Made by a program: the position numbers and the translations under genes
Notes under the pieces: generated by a model
Told to the model about the DNA's origin: nothing
Database searches by the model: none
The model's input: only the letters and a program-made list of their open reading frames with translations
DNA from: Eledone cirrhosa
Lineage: Eukaryota
Direction: 5' to 3'
Assembly (NCBI GenBank): GCA_964016885.1
Contig: OZ024741.1
Span: forward strand, 102,548,001-102,612,000
Length of the DNA stretch: 64,000 nucleotides
Shown here: positions 26,826 to 40,002 of the stretch, piece by piece
Position numbering within the stretch: position 1 is the first letter of the stretch
Layout: each line of letters starts with the position of its first letter

Positions 26826-26896
26826 TGTTTTATCTGATGAAAACGCAAATATTATTGCATGATGATGTTTGTTTTTGAAATGCGCATAATAAAATA
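26826..26896 (+). ncRNA. Type I hammerhead (family A)
   Basis: TGTTTTAT-CTGATGA-AAAC GCAAATATTA..TGATGTTTGT TTTT-GAAA-TGCGC-ATA-ATAAAATA gives an 8-bp stem I and palindromic stem III ATGCGCAT. Confidence 0.78.
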
Positions 26897-27138
26897 CATG
26901 GAACTCCTTTAACCATCTTTTGATCTTATATTATGCATACTCCAGTCCTACAAACTGTAGAGTGCTTCTTATCCGATATCTGCATTGCTTTATTGTACTA
27001 CAATAAAACTCACCTCCTACATATATATATATATATATGAAGTAATTCCATCGGAAAAGTCCAGGAAAAAAGAGTGCTCTATGTATGCAACAGAGCTTAA
27101 TTATTATTATTATGTAATAAACAACATAAGGCAATTAT

Positions 27139-27196
27139 TCCATTTACCAGTGGTTTCTTAAAAGCAAAAGGTTTTGCTTTCAATCTTCAGAATGAA
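27139..27196 (-). ncRNA. Type I hammerhead (family B, distal, GUA site)
   Basis: Minus strand TTCATT-CTGAAGA-TTGAAAGCAAAA-CC-TTTTGCTTTTAA-GAAACC-ACT-GGTA-AATGGA. Confidence 0.85.
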
Positions 27197-27483
27197 AAAT
27201 CCTGGTTTGTTTATTGAATATGGATTCTAAAAACAAAAATGCAATCTATATGAAAGTGAGGCTGGAAAAGGGAGAAGGAAAGGAAAAATAAAATAAAACT
27301 ACACATGCAAACACACACAAAAAAACACAAAAGCATACTTACACACACATACATATATACACATATATATAAATGCACGCATACACATATACATATACAC
27401 ACATATATATATATATATATAAAGAGCGTACACCTACACACACATACACATATATACACACATATACACATACATACATTCAT

Positions 27484-27521
<38 letters not shown>

Positions 27522-27599
27522 ACACACACACACACACACATACACACACACATACATATCCATACATATATATATATATATATACATATATACATATAT

Positions 27600-27630
<31 letters not shown>

Positions 27631-28012
27631 TGTGTGTGTACAAGCATACACATACACACACACATATATATACACACATACATACATTCACACAAACATA
27701 CAACGTACATACATACACATACATGAATGCACTCCACTACATATTAACACACGCAAATAAATATAAGAAAAAAATATATAAATATATATTAACAAATTTT
27801 TGACAGCGATACATGCCCCAGCTAACAGGACAGACACGCGTGGTAAGTAATACACACAAAAGCACATATACATACGTACGAAATAGTAAACACATACACA
27901 CACTCTCACACATAAATATACATATACAAATACATAAACACGTACATACACATACATACACAAACACGTACACGTATACAATATAAACACACACATGTAT
28001 ATGTAATTATAT

Positions 28013-28059
<47 letters not shown>

Positions 28060-28505
28060 CAAAAATATAAAAATATAAATGCACACACACATATAAATAC
28101 GTAAACACACATATACATACATAGCTAAACAATTATACACATGCAAATACGTATATATCAAAAGAACGCACAACCAAATACAAACACACACACATACACA
28201 CCCACACACAAACCCACACATACATAAAAATAAATAAATACACACGCACACATATACATACATACACATACATATACACATATATACAAATACATATATA
28301 CATATATACATATACATATATATATACACATATATATATAAATAGATATATATACACACATACACGTACACATACACACATGCATACACATACACACACA
28401 CATATACATGTGTGTATGTGTAAAGCTCAGTATTAGATAAGACAAATGAACCTTACATAAACGTATATATAGTAGTAAAGTAATAAAGCCATACAAGGCA
28501 ATTAA

Positions 28506-28563
28506 TCCATTCACCAGAGGTTTCTTAAAAGCAAAAAAAGTTTCCTTCAATCTTCAGAATGAA
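28506..28563 (-). ncRNA. Hammerhead paralog (family B, proximal, GUG site)
   Basis: Same fold as 27139-27196, but the triplet is GTG and stem II is degraded. Confidence 0.6.
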
Positions 28564-28695
28564 AAAAAAAAAAAAAAAAAAAGCCTGGTTTATCCACATA
28601 TACATACATATACACACACAAATATACAAATATATACACACATACAGACACGCACACACACATATATATATATACATATATATATATATACAGAC

Positions 28696-28728
<33 letters not shown>

Positions 28729-28860
28729 TATACATACATACATATATATATATATACATACACAAACATATACGTACATATATACATACGTACACATATA
28801 CATATATACACACAAAAATACATACACATACACATAGGTATGTGAAGGGCAAAACAAAAC

Positions 28861-29362
28861 AGTTCAAACCGTACGAGGATAAATCCAGGATGCAGTTGCA
28901 GGAAGCCGGATGAATGCCCATTGCAGGGTAAATGTAACACAAAATCTGTCGTTTATGAGGCTAAGATAACGCCAGTTATCAACAACCAGCCAGCCAGAAG
29001 CGAGCGATATGTCGGTATGACCCAGGACAGGTTTAAAACCAGATTTTACTCACATGTCGCTTCTTTTAAACACTCAGATAAACGAACATCAACGGCCCTC
29101 GCAAGTAAGGTATGGGATCTCAAGGATAGTAATATCCCGTACTCCATTGATTGGTCTATATTAGACCATTCGAGGGAGTACCAAAGGGGCACAAAGAATT
29201 GTTCTTTGTGTACCACAGAAAAGTATAGGATTTTTGCTAAACTTGAGAGCCACTTCCGCTTGCCTTAACTCTAAGACTGAGATCTTCAGATGCTGTCCTC
29301 ATCTGAAATCGCATCTGATCTGTAACTGGATTGACACTCCTACGATAAATCAACCGCCTTGA
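28861..29362 (+). pseudogene. PLE GIY-YIG endonuclease remnant (family B)
   Basis: GCSCRKPDECPLQGKCNTKSVVYEA..RYVGMTQDRFKTRFYSH..ALASKVWDLK..CSLCTTEKY, then after a frameshift LNSKTEIFRCCPH. Confidence 0.92.
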
Positions 29363-29634
29363 ACTCCTTCTCTGCTCTTTACTTTTGCTACGGTTTTTAT
29401 TTTGCTGCTTCTACCTTCTGTACTCTTGTATATTTAAAATTTTTTTTATCCCTTACCTCCCCTTATATTTTTACCTCCTCTTAGCCCCCCCCCCATATAT
29501 TCTTTTTGTTTTGCCCTTCACATACCTATGTGTATGTGTATGTATTTTTGTGTGTATATATGTATATGTGTACGTATGTATATATGTACGTATATGTTTG
29601 TGTATGTATATATATATATATGTATGTATGTATA

Positions 29635-29665
<31 letters not shown>

Positions 29666-29792
29666 GTCTGTATATATATATATATGTATATATATATATG
29701 TGTGTGTGCGTGTCTGTATGTGTGTATATATTTGTATATTTGTGTGTGTATATGTATGTATATGTGGATAAACCAGGTTTTTTTTTTTTTTT

Positions 29793-29850
29793 TTCATTCT
29801 GAAGATTGAAGGAAACTTTTTTTGCTTTTAAGAAACCTCTGGTGAATGGA
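29793..29850 (+). ncRNA. Hammerhead paralog (family B, proximal, GUG site)
   Basis: TTCATT-CTGAAGA-TTGAAGG..CTTTTAA-GAAACC-TCT-GGTG-AATGGA. Confidence 0.6.
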
Positions 29851-31892
29851 TTAATTGCCTTGTATGGCTTTATTACTTTACTACTATATATACGTTTATG
29901 TAAGGTTCATTTGTCTTATCTAATACTGAGCTTTACACATACACACATGTATATGTGTGTGTGTATGTGTATGCATGTGTGTATGTGTACGTGTATGTGT
30001 GTATATATATATATTTATATATATATGTGTATATATATATATGTATATGTATATATGTATATGTATATATGTGTATATGTATGTGTATGTATGTATATGT
30101 GTGCGTGTGTATTTATTTATTTTTATGTATGTGTGGGTGTGTGTGTGTGTATGTGTGTGTGTTTGTATTTGGTTGTGCGTTCTTTTGATATATACGTATT
30201 TGCATGTGTATAATTGTTTAGCTATGTATGTATATGTGTGTTTACGTATTTATATGTGTGTGTGCGTTTATATTTTTATATTTTTGTATGTATGTATATA
30301 TATATATATATAATGTAGGAGGTGAGTTTTATTGTAGTACAATAAAGCAATGCAGATATCGGATAAGAAGCACTCTACAGTTTGTGGGACTGGAGTATGC
30401 ATAATATAAGATCAAAAGATGGTTAAAGGTGTTCCATATATTTTATTATGCGCATTTCAAAAACAAACATCATCAAGCAATAATATTTGCGTTTTCATCA
30501 GATAAAACAGGAGAACATGATATGAAGGCTAAAAAAAACACTTGTTGATAGTGCAGTTTTAAATCAACATATGAAAAGTGGTTTTAGATTGATGTGTGAT
30601 ATTGGGAAAAATATTTTATTTAGAGAGGGGGCGGGGGGAAGGATGAAAAGGGAAGGAGATGAGAGGGAGAGATGGGTGATAGAGAGAAAGAGATAGTTTT
30701 TATAACTGAGAGGAGATATATTTTTTACATAGAGGGGTTGAAAACCGTTGGAAGATACTGTATAAATTAAAAATTTTGAAAATTAACGAAGGGAGGATAT
30801 GTGCGAGGAAAAAATATTTTATTTAGGGAGGGTGGGGTGGAAAGGATGAAAAAAAGGGGGGAGGAGATGAGAGTGAAGGTGGAGAGGGAGAGATGGGTGA
30901 TAGAGAAAAAGAGATAGTTTTTATAACTGAGAAAAAGATATATTGTTTTAATATAGAGAGGTTGGGAACCGTTGGAAGATAATGTATAAATTAAAGGAAT
31001 TTGAAAATTAACGAAGGGAAATTATGTATGAAGATAGAGAGAAAAAAATAATAATTGTGGGTGAATATTCTAACGTCAAAAGAAGAAATGTATGTATTGT
31101 GGCAATTTCAAAATTAGCGAAGAGAAAAATTGTTAAGGTAGAAGGATTTGAGAAGTGTAGAAGGATTTGAGAAAAATAATGTGAAGTTAAAGTTTGTATA
31201 TTGAATTGATATGTATTAATAATGAGTTCGTTGATGGGGAGAAAAAAATAATAATAAATTAAGGATGAAATTGAGATTAAAAAGATTTATGATAGAGAGA
31301 AAAAATAATAATGATTGCGGATGAATATTCAAAATGTCAAAAACAAATGTTATTATTTTACGAGAAGATAGAATGAGGGTAATGAGTAAACAAGTATTAT
31401 AGAGTGTATAATGCCCTTTAAAGTAAGGTAGATGGGTATATTTTAAAGAGGTGTATGTATATGTGCCTTTGAGAAAAGATTCTAAATTGATAAAGAATTG
31501 AATATTAACTGTATACTTTGTGAAAAGTTCTATGGAATTTATGCAGGCAGATAGAAAACAAATCTGAGCGTCTATTTATTATAGATTCTAGGTTAGAGAT
31601 AATGGTAAATTTTTCATTTAGGCAGAGATTACAGATTTTAGATAGAGAGCTGTTCAAGTATGAGGATGCAGAAGAAATCTTTTTCCAAAAGATGTTATAT
31701 TTAATGTTTTTGTCTTTTAAGGACCATATGAGTTCTGAGAGAGCAGTGTTAGTTCTTTTAAGTTTGTATTTGAAAGATGAATGATGATTATATAGACGAG
31801 CTTTAAAAGAGGTGGAAGTGGAGCCAAAATAGGTGAAGGAATTGGTGCTAGTTATAATTTTACATTCATAAATTAAGTTTTTATCGAGGCAC

Positions 31893-32264
31893 TTAATTTA
31901 TGAATGTAAAATTATAACTAGCACCAATTCCTTCACCTATTTTGGCTCCACTTCCACCTCTTTTAAAGCTCGTCTCTATAATCATCATTCATCTTTCAAA
32001 TACAAACTTAAAAGAACTAACACTGCTCTCTCAGAACTCATATGGTCCTTAAAAGACAAAAACATTAAATATAACATCTTTTGGAAAAAGATTTCTTCTG
32101 CATCCTCATACTTGAACAGCTCTCTATCTAAAATCTGTAATCTCTGCCTAAATGAAAAATTTACCATTATCTCTAACCTAGAATCTATAATAAATAGACG
32201 CTCAGATTTGTTTTCTATCTGCCTGCATAAATTCCATAGAACTTTTCACAAAGTATACAGTTAA
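31893..32264 (+). pseudogene. GIY-YIG endonuclease fragment (family A), mirrored at 31505-31891 on minus
   Basis: LIYECKIITSTNSFTYFGSTSTSFKARLYNH..ICNLCLNEK..INRRSDLFSICLH. The frame is open but has no start codon, so it is absent from the ORF track. Confidence 0.88.
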
Positions 32265-33256
32265 TATTCAATTCTTTATCAATTTAGAATCTTTTCTCAA
32301 AGGCACATATACATACACCTCTTTAAAATATACCCATCTACCTTACTTTAAAGGGCATTATACACTCTATAATACTTGTTTACTCATTACCCTCATTCTA
32401 TCTTCTCGTAAAATAATAACATTTGTTTTTGACATTTTGAATATTCATCCGCAATCATTATTATTTTTTCTCTCTATCATAAATCTTTTTAATCTCAATT
32501 TCATCCTTAATTTATTATTATTTTTTTCTCCCCATCAACGAACTCATTATTAATACATATCAATTCAATATACAAACTTTAACTTCACATTATTTTTCTC
32601 AAATCCTTCTACACTTCTCAAATCCTTCTACCTTAACAATTTTTCTCTTCGCTAATTTTGAAATTGCCACAATACATACATTTCTTCTTTTGACGTTAGA
32701 ATATTCACCCACAATTATTATTTTTTTCTCTCTATCTTCATACATAATTTCCCTTCGTTAATTTTCAAATTCCTTTAATTTATACATTATCTTCCAACGG
32801 TTCCCAACCTCTCTATATTAAAACAATATATCTTTTTCTCAGTTATAAAAACTATCTCTTTCTCTCTATCACCCATCTCTCCCTCTCCACCTTCACTCTC
32901 ATCTCCTCCCCCCTTTTTTTCATCCTTTCCACCCCACCCTCCCTAAATAAAATATTTTTTCCTCGCACATATCCTCCCTTCGTTAATTTTCAAAATTTTT
33001 AATTTATACAGTATCTTCCAACGGTTTTCAACCCCTCTATGTAAAAAATATATCTCCTCTCAGTTATAAAAACTATCTCTTTCTCTCTATCACCCATCTC
33101 TCCCTCTCATCTCCTTCCCTTTTCATCCCCCCCCCCCCCTCTCTAAATAAAATATTTTTCCCAATATCACACATCAATCTAAAACCACTTTTCATATGTT
33201 GATTTAAAACTGCACTATCAACAAGTGTTTTTTTTAGCCTTCATATCATGTTCTCC

Positions 33257-33327
33257 TGTTTTATCTGATGAAAACGCAAATATTGTTGCTTGATGATGTT
33301 TGTTTTTGAAATGCGCATAATAAAATA
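33257..33327 (+). ncRNA. Type I hammerhead (family A)
   Basis: Same motif as 26826-26896. Confidence 0.75.
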
Positions 33328-33411
33328 TATGGAACTCCTTTAACCATCTTTTGATCTTATATTATATATATATATATATATATATTTGCTAAAACAATCT
33401 CTATACGTCTC

Positions 33412-33465
<54 letters not shown>

Positions 33466-33885
33466 ATATAATTACATATACATGTGTGTGTTTATATTGT
33501 ATACGTGTACGTGTTTGTGTATGTATGTGTATGTACGTGTTTATGTATTTGTATATGTATATTTATGTGTGAGAGTGTGTGTATGTGTTTACTATTTCGT
33601 ACGTATGTATATGTGCTTTTGTGTGTATTACTTACCACGCGTGTCTGTCCTGTTAGCTGGGGCATGTATCGCTGTCAAAAATTTGTTAATATATATTTAT
33701 ATATTTTTTTCTTATATTTATTTGCGTGGGTTAATATGTAGTGGAGTGCATTCATGTATGTGTATGTATGTACGTTGTATGTTTGTGTGAATGTATGTAT
33801 GTGGGTATATATATGTGTGTGTGTATGTGTATGCTTGTACACACACATGTGTGTGTGTGTGTGTGTGTATATGTGTATATATGTA

Positions 33886-33929
<44 letters not shown>

Positions 33930-33961
33930 GATATGTACATGTATATATATGTGTGTGTGTA

Positions 33962-34007
<46 letters not shown>

Positions 34008-34283
34008 AATGTATGTATGTGTATATGTGTGTATATATGTGTATGTGTGTGTACGCTCTTTATATATATATATATATATGTGTATATGTATATGTGTATG
34101 CGTGCATTTATATATATGTGTATATATGTATGTGTGTGTAAGTATGCTTTTGTGTTTTTTTGTGTGTGTTTGCATGTGTAGTTTTATTTTATTTTTCCTT
34201 TCCTTCTCCCTTTTCCAGCCTCACTTTCATATAGATTGCATTTTTGTTTTTAGAATCCATATTCAATAAACAAACCAGGATTT

Positions 34284-34341
34284 TTCATTCTGAGGATTGA
34301 AAGCAAAACCTTTTGCTTTTAAGAAACCACTGGTAAATGGA
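34284..34341 (+). ncRNA. Type I hammerhead (family B, distal, GUA site)
   Basis: TTCATT-CTGAGGA-TTGAAAGCAAAACCTTTTGCTTTTAA-GAAACCACTGGTA-AATGGA. It differs from the 27139 copy at the free N7 position. Confidence 0.85.
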
Positions 34342-34377
34342 ATAATTGCCTTATGTTGTTTATTACATAATAATAAT

Positions 34378-34413
<36 letters not shown>

Positions 34414-35949
34414 CGTGTGTGCGCGTGCATGCGTATTGTTTTTCTCCCGCTAGGTTTTCACCTGTCCTAAATTTGTTGATTCATTTAAATATTTTATCGT
34501 ACAAATTCAAATGAAGAAATATTTACTTTCATACCAGTCTACAGTAATAGTGGAACGGTACAGTATTATGATGCGGAGGTTCTATAAAGGAAGCGGGGAA
34601 TTAAGAACTAGCAATATACACCACCCCTTTCAAAAACACTTCTAAAATATAAACCTACTTCAGTTCGTTTGTCAGTCTTAGACTGACATATATCGTCAAA
34701 CATATATAAACTTGCTTTTATCACCTGCTGAATCAATACTGATTCAAATGAAAATTTCGTTACAAACGTGTTCAACTCAAGACTCCCCTGCCATATCTCA
34801 AACTTAATTCTCTTTCTTTATATTTAATTTTTGTTGAGTATTTAACTAATAATCATCATGTATTAAGTTATCAGCAGGAGGGTTTATAACCAAATAATTT
34901 ATTTCAAATTTATCTCTCGTAAAGTTGTTTAAAATATTTAGACTTAATACGCCTGTCTCTAGGGTACGTTTTAGCAATGCTCACTCTGTTGCATTCGGTC
35001 TGAAAAGTGTCATGGGTTCTGTTTTCTCCTTGACTAAAGTTTAAAATAAGGGAAAATAGATTGATATAGTTTCCGTGCAGTGGGATCGAACTCGGAACGA
35101 ATTCTTCAAGCAGTCATATACACATTTTATCAAATTATGTTTGTTTATCTTTTACGTTTATTTAGCTGTTGTTGCTATCACTGACGTGTATAGTCCGTTC
35201 TTTTCTATGATATATATTAATTAACTGACCTATATGTACGTCAAGTGATGCGTAGGTTACTATAACTTATTTTTTGTGTGTGCTGTTCGAAGTTCACCTT
35301 TTTTTCGTTCTATTCAATCAGATAAACGCGGGGCTGGTAAACGTTTGGTAGAATATTGCAATATTGAGAGGAGTGGATGGCAATGGAGAGGTGTGTCGTA
35401 TTAGTTAGCAATGCTTCATTGAAAAGGACACCGCATTATAAGGTGTAGAGGAGGAGGAACGCATTGGGGAGGTGGGCCAAATTGGGACTATTTTTACATT
35501 TTGCTGGTCAATACAAATACAAAATGAAAGTTTGAACATTTAAGGCAATAGAAATCACTTCGGCTTTTAAAATTACTTTAATGCGTATCTTTATAAGCGT
35601 TTAACATAACATAAAATAAATGCTTTTCAGATTGAGGAACACTACTGTTTCAAATGTTGAATTAAGAATTAATACAAAAAATATGAAACATCCTTAATAA
35701 AAATGATCCAACTAGGATACAGTCGTATTCTTAATGAATCATGTTTGAAGGAAAAGCTGTTCACACGCACCTCTTTCTTTCTCTATATATATATTCACAC
35801 ATCTCTTTTTCTCTCCGAATTTCTCTCTCTCTTTATATATATGTGTGTGTGTGTATATATATAACAAAGGAAGTATGGTAAGGAACCAGATGGACCATAG
35901 CGCACCAGAGTACTTAATACTTAGGGTAGTAGAGTGGGTAATAGGAACA

Positions 35950-36050
35950 GTTCAAGACCCCGACGGCAGAGCTCAAGCCGTTTCGATGGCTATTTCTGGA
36001 CGTCCATAAATAGCCGTCGAAACGACTTGAGCTCTGCCATCGAGGTGAAC
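35950..36050. repeat. GC-rich spacerless hairpin
   Basis: CGACGGCAGAGCTCAAGCCGTTTCGATGGCTATTT..GGACGTCC..AAATAGCCGTCGAAACGACTTGAGCTCTGCCATCG. Confidence 0.85.
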
Positions 36051-36125
36051 TTTTTCCTATATATATATATATATATATATTGGAAAATGTGTGAGATCCT
36101 TGGTACAGTTAGGTATATTTGAAAA

Positions 36126-36390
36126 AAAGGAAAAGAATGACTTCACTTGTAGTTCTAAACAATTTGATTTAATTTTATAATTTAATATTATGAGTTGGTA
36201 GATCTAGTAAGTTCGTTCTTTGTTAACTTCAGTGGGAAGATTTTTAAAGATTCCTTGTTAACCAGGAATCTTTAAAAATCTTCCCACCGATGCTAACAAA
36301 GAACTTACTAGATCTACCAACTCATAATATTATATTATAAAATTAAATCAAATTGTTTAGAACTACAAGTGAAGTCACTCTTTTCCTTTA
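36126..36390. repeat. Spacerless palindrome with arms of about 130 bp
   Basis: Centre GTTAAC at about 36259; it ends at (AT)n. Confidence 0.88.
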
Positions 36391-36979
36391 TATATATATA
36401 TATATATATATATACCTTGATTACAGCTCCTAGTGTGATTCTTGGCTCTCCAAGGAGTTACTTCCCTTGAAACCCATCTCTATACAATAAGATAGTTTTC
36501 CTACAAGAAGCCATTTTGGTATGTGATAGGCACCAGTGTTTACCTTCAGCCTCGACAGACATCTAATGTTTATTTATACCATACACATGAAATTCTCCAG
36601 TGCCAAGGTGCCCCATCTAGGGAGTTGCTAATCTGAGGATTCTTTACGAACACGTAACCCTCCCATTTTATTTTTATTTTTATTTTTATTTTTATTTTTA
36701 TTTTTATATGATCTCATTATCTTTCCCCAAGTTCCGAAGATCTGCTCCATAATATTATTCTATGTTACTTATATTTCTCTGCACCAAATCAATAACTTTC
36801 TTACCGTCGATTGATCCAGAAACATTATATGGAGTAGTGAAACAATTGTAAACTGACATTACTATCCCCTTTCTATATTAAACTGCACTTAATGTTGATA
36901 CTCTGTGACTAATGTCTTCTATGTGAATTTGTGGTCTTGATTTGCTTAACTACTGAATATATATATATATGTTGTGATA

Positions 36980-38720
36980 AGCAACTTTCAAGAGAGCTGG
37001 GTATGAGAAGGCCTTCAGAGAAGAAGCCCCGCTCAAGCAAATGAACTTTGAGAGGTTTCGGCCAGTGTTGGCGCAGGACATGCGTAACTTAATAGCACCA
37101 GCAGGCGATGTCTTTCAAATCATGATTTACAGCTCACTTCTATTTTAGACACTATGGTTCCCTCCAGTAAAGAGATATTGTTTGTGAAGTTATGTCAGGG
37201 TGTAAGGAGTTTATCAGCGATTTCTTGGAGGAATTTATTCAGAGACCTTTTGAATTTTATAGGATATTTTTTTGTCTTAATATATTTTGGTTTGATATTA
37301 AAGAGAGCTGGAAGGGATATGATGAAATAGTTTTGTCGTAATGTTGTTATCAACTGCAAGATCTATATTTGGAGTGAGTCGATAGCATGGAGACCAAGCT
37401 TTGAGCGGATTATTCCAACATCATTTGGGTAATGTTGATGTAATATTTTTCACATCATATATATAATGTTGCTCAAGGTGGCGTTGGAGAGTGTTGAGTA
37501 TGAGTTTTCTAGGCCTATGAGTTTTCAAGGCCTATCTCTTTTGCAACTGACCTCTGTGGTGCTTCAATTTTCATAATACTTTGGTTCATGTAAGGGTGAC
37601 CATAACTAACAATATTATTCAAGGTGGGGTCGGGTAAAGGAGAAGGATAATAGTGCGAATATCTCAAGACCGTAAGGGTCTACGAATCCAGGAAGAAATC
37701 CTGCTGGCCATGTCAATGTTCTTGTTTATGTAGATACGTCAGCTTATTTGCTATCGACAATTGCCCTAAGATCTCTGGTCTTGTTGGATGCCATACAGAT
37801 TTGCTTGAATATAGAGAATAGGGTAACTTGGGTGTATCTTCTTGGATTAACTCAATTTCATGCTAAATATAAATAAATTAAAATCTATGAACTTATCAAC
37901 TTCCCACCACAGCACTCACACCTCAAAATGTACTCCTGTTCCTTAGTCAACAGGTTATGCATACGCAGTGACTGCAACCACCCTCTCTATCAAGGAAAGA
38001 GACGAATAATTTGTCAGGGGTGCCGAAAATCATGATATAAGTCTTCTGAATGTACAAAGAGAACACTGGGATTGAGTTTAATGTTTTCATTAGCTCATCC
38101 CTCTTATTCTGTTCTATGGTTATTGATAATAGTTATCATGCCGTTCTGAAGATTACTTTTATTCTAGCAATGCTATAGCAGTCGAATGGGTGAGCTGCTG
38201 CACACAATATTTTAGATGGTTGATTTTGTTTTATTAAGTCTTAAGTTATTACATCCAAAATGATTTTGAGACATCTTGTTGGTACTAACGCAAGTTAGTA
38301 TAGAAAAACCTCATTGATAATTGAGACTACAGCTACTTTGCCAGGGGTCTGAGATAGAAACACCTAGTGCCAAATAAATCTTCCATCATGAATATGTTAC
38401 CCGAGTGGCACCTCTGGATAAAACAATTAATACTATTGAGGTATTCCTTGACGAACGGTAGGGAAGTTTGGGATGGCATATAGAGTCCAGATATACTTAA
38501 ACCATTGATTTTGTTGCGCATAAATAGTTGCAAAATTAATCACTCTCATTTCAGCCTCCAAACGGAAGTCGTCGAGGTGGGTCATGGTTAGAGTAAAAAA
38601 TAGATGTGGGATGGATGGTAAACAACTCAATCCTGAATAAACTGAATCATCCATTTTTTTGCATTGGTAGTAGGCCTGATAACTTGTGCATTAAAGAAAA
38701 ATGTTTGAGGCTAGAATAAT
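36980..38720 (-). pseudogene. Degraded CR1-clade LINE (APE endonuclease and RT C-terminal fragments)
   Basis: Minus strand LTMTHL..EAEM and GLYMP..NIFMMEDL (APE-like), TRPHLE.YC.LWSP and LNTLQRHLE..IY. A related copy lies at 44560-45450. Confidence 0.65.
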
Positions 38721-39115
38721 GGCTTAGATTGTTTGAGTATATAATTGAATACTTTAATATTCAATATCCTATGCTTCTGCTTGTTCACGGTAAAAACAGC
38801 CTACTAACCTATATTTCAGATAGAAGTACATGCGGTTTTACAATGTATCGAACCAATGTGAAAAATGTTTGTAAAATATTTAGTTTTTGATTTCATCGAA
38901 TAATTAAAAATATTTGCATACATCCACTCTAAGTGTATCGTATTTCTTACCTTTCAATTTGCATATGTCGTTCAGTAAATTAATCCTTGTCGTAGAATCA
39001 GGCCAGGTTACTGGATAAATCTAGATATATTCAGTTGGTATTTCTCCGTGCAGCATAACATAGAAAAGCAAGGAATTCTTTATTTAAGTTTGCTGAACAA
39101 TCGTAACTTGGAACC

Positions 39116-39538
39116 ATGCCTGCCATGAACGTCCTTCACATATTGGACAATAATGAAAACCAAGGTATTGAAAGTATCCAAAATATGCTTCCAGCACCTA
39201 CTTCTAATATTCAAAGAGTCACCCGACCAAATACCCTGATCAGTATGTGTCGTTCCTTAGTAGACTGTTATATTTTGGGTTTTTTAAGGTTCATCGTATG
39301 TAATTGGCCAGACTTTAGATGCACACACCACGATAAGCATAACATCAAACGGGCTACAAAAATGGTGGTAGTATTGATCATCGGTATCCTCCTTTCAGCC
39401 TGTGCAATCTATGTAATTATTGTAGTGTGTCTAATGAGCTGCCAATTTTCGGAAGGAAGGTTATGTGCCTTCACCAAATCTTTCCAATCTCACATGCACC
39501 GATTGTTCTACGTTTATTTCTATAAATCAGCGATTTGA
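39116..39538 (+). CDS. Hypothetical 140-aa ORF with a predicted transmembrane helix
   Basis: Non-repetitive sequence, ACCATG start context, and hydrophobic MVVVLIIGILLSACAIYVIIVVCLM preceded by basic residues. No family recognised. Confidence 0.25.
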   Translation: MPAMNVLHILDNNENQGIESIQNMLPAPTSNIQRVTRPNTLISMCRSLVDCYILGFLRFIVCNWPDFRCTHHDKHNIKRATKMVVVLIIGILLSACAIYVIIVVCLMSCQFSEGRLCAFTKSFQSHMHRLFYVYFYKSAI

Positions 39539-39956
39539 TTTGATTAATCTTCACAAATGGGGCATCTGGATATGACGCTTATGAGCTGTTTAATCAACAT
39601 TATCCTTCACAATTGTTTCACTGATTGTTTATACGAAAGGATTGTGATGGAAATGCAGTTAGTCAACATGTTATCTTATTTGGCAGTTGTTTCTGTCATT
39701 CGATTTGGCTTCCGGCATCTCATGAACACATCTTAACATTTAAAAAACTTCAAATTCATTGTCTGTGAAACTTAAATATACTCTTGAAATTGCAGCTACA
39801 TTGGATGTTCAAATTTTTAAATTAATTTCTATCATTTTATTTTTATTGTATTTGTGAATGTTTAATCGAAAAAAAAACAAATTTTAGTCGATTTATAAAT
39901 TGTCCACTAATGTTTTTAGATAAATTGTCCACTTTCACCTAATACTTGCATTGTTT

Positions 39957-40002
<46 letters not shown>

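Larger units (their letters stand above)
24372..27021. mobile_element. Neptune-type PLE family A, palindrome 1
   Basis: Inverted arms at 24372-25530 and 25775-26932. Minus-strand GIY-YIG C-terminus at 25470-25775 (SFKARLYNH..ALSELIWSLK..ICNLCLNEK..CLH). Confidence 0.92.
30313..33365. mobile_element. Neptune-type PLE family A, palindrome 2 (arms about 1.48 kb, 12-nt spacer)
   Basis: Arms at about 30401-31878 and 31891-33365, with HHRs at 30439-30509 (-) and 33257-33327 (+). It is nested in an (AT)n tract of family B. Confidence 0.93.
27040..34383. mobile_element. Neptune-type PLE family B palindrome with microsatellite-rich 3' UTR, interrupted by family A palindrome 2
   Basis: The left arm (about 27102-28859) is the reverse complement of 29505-30310 plus 33420-34383. 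A GIY-YIG fragment lies in the centre. Confidence 0.88.
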
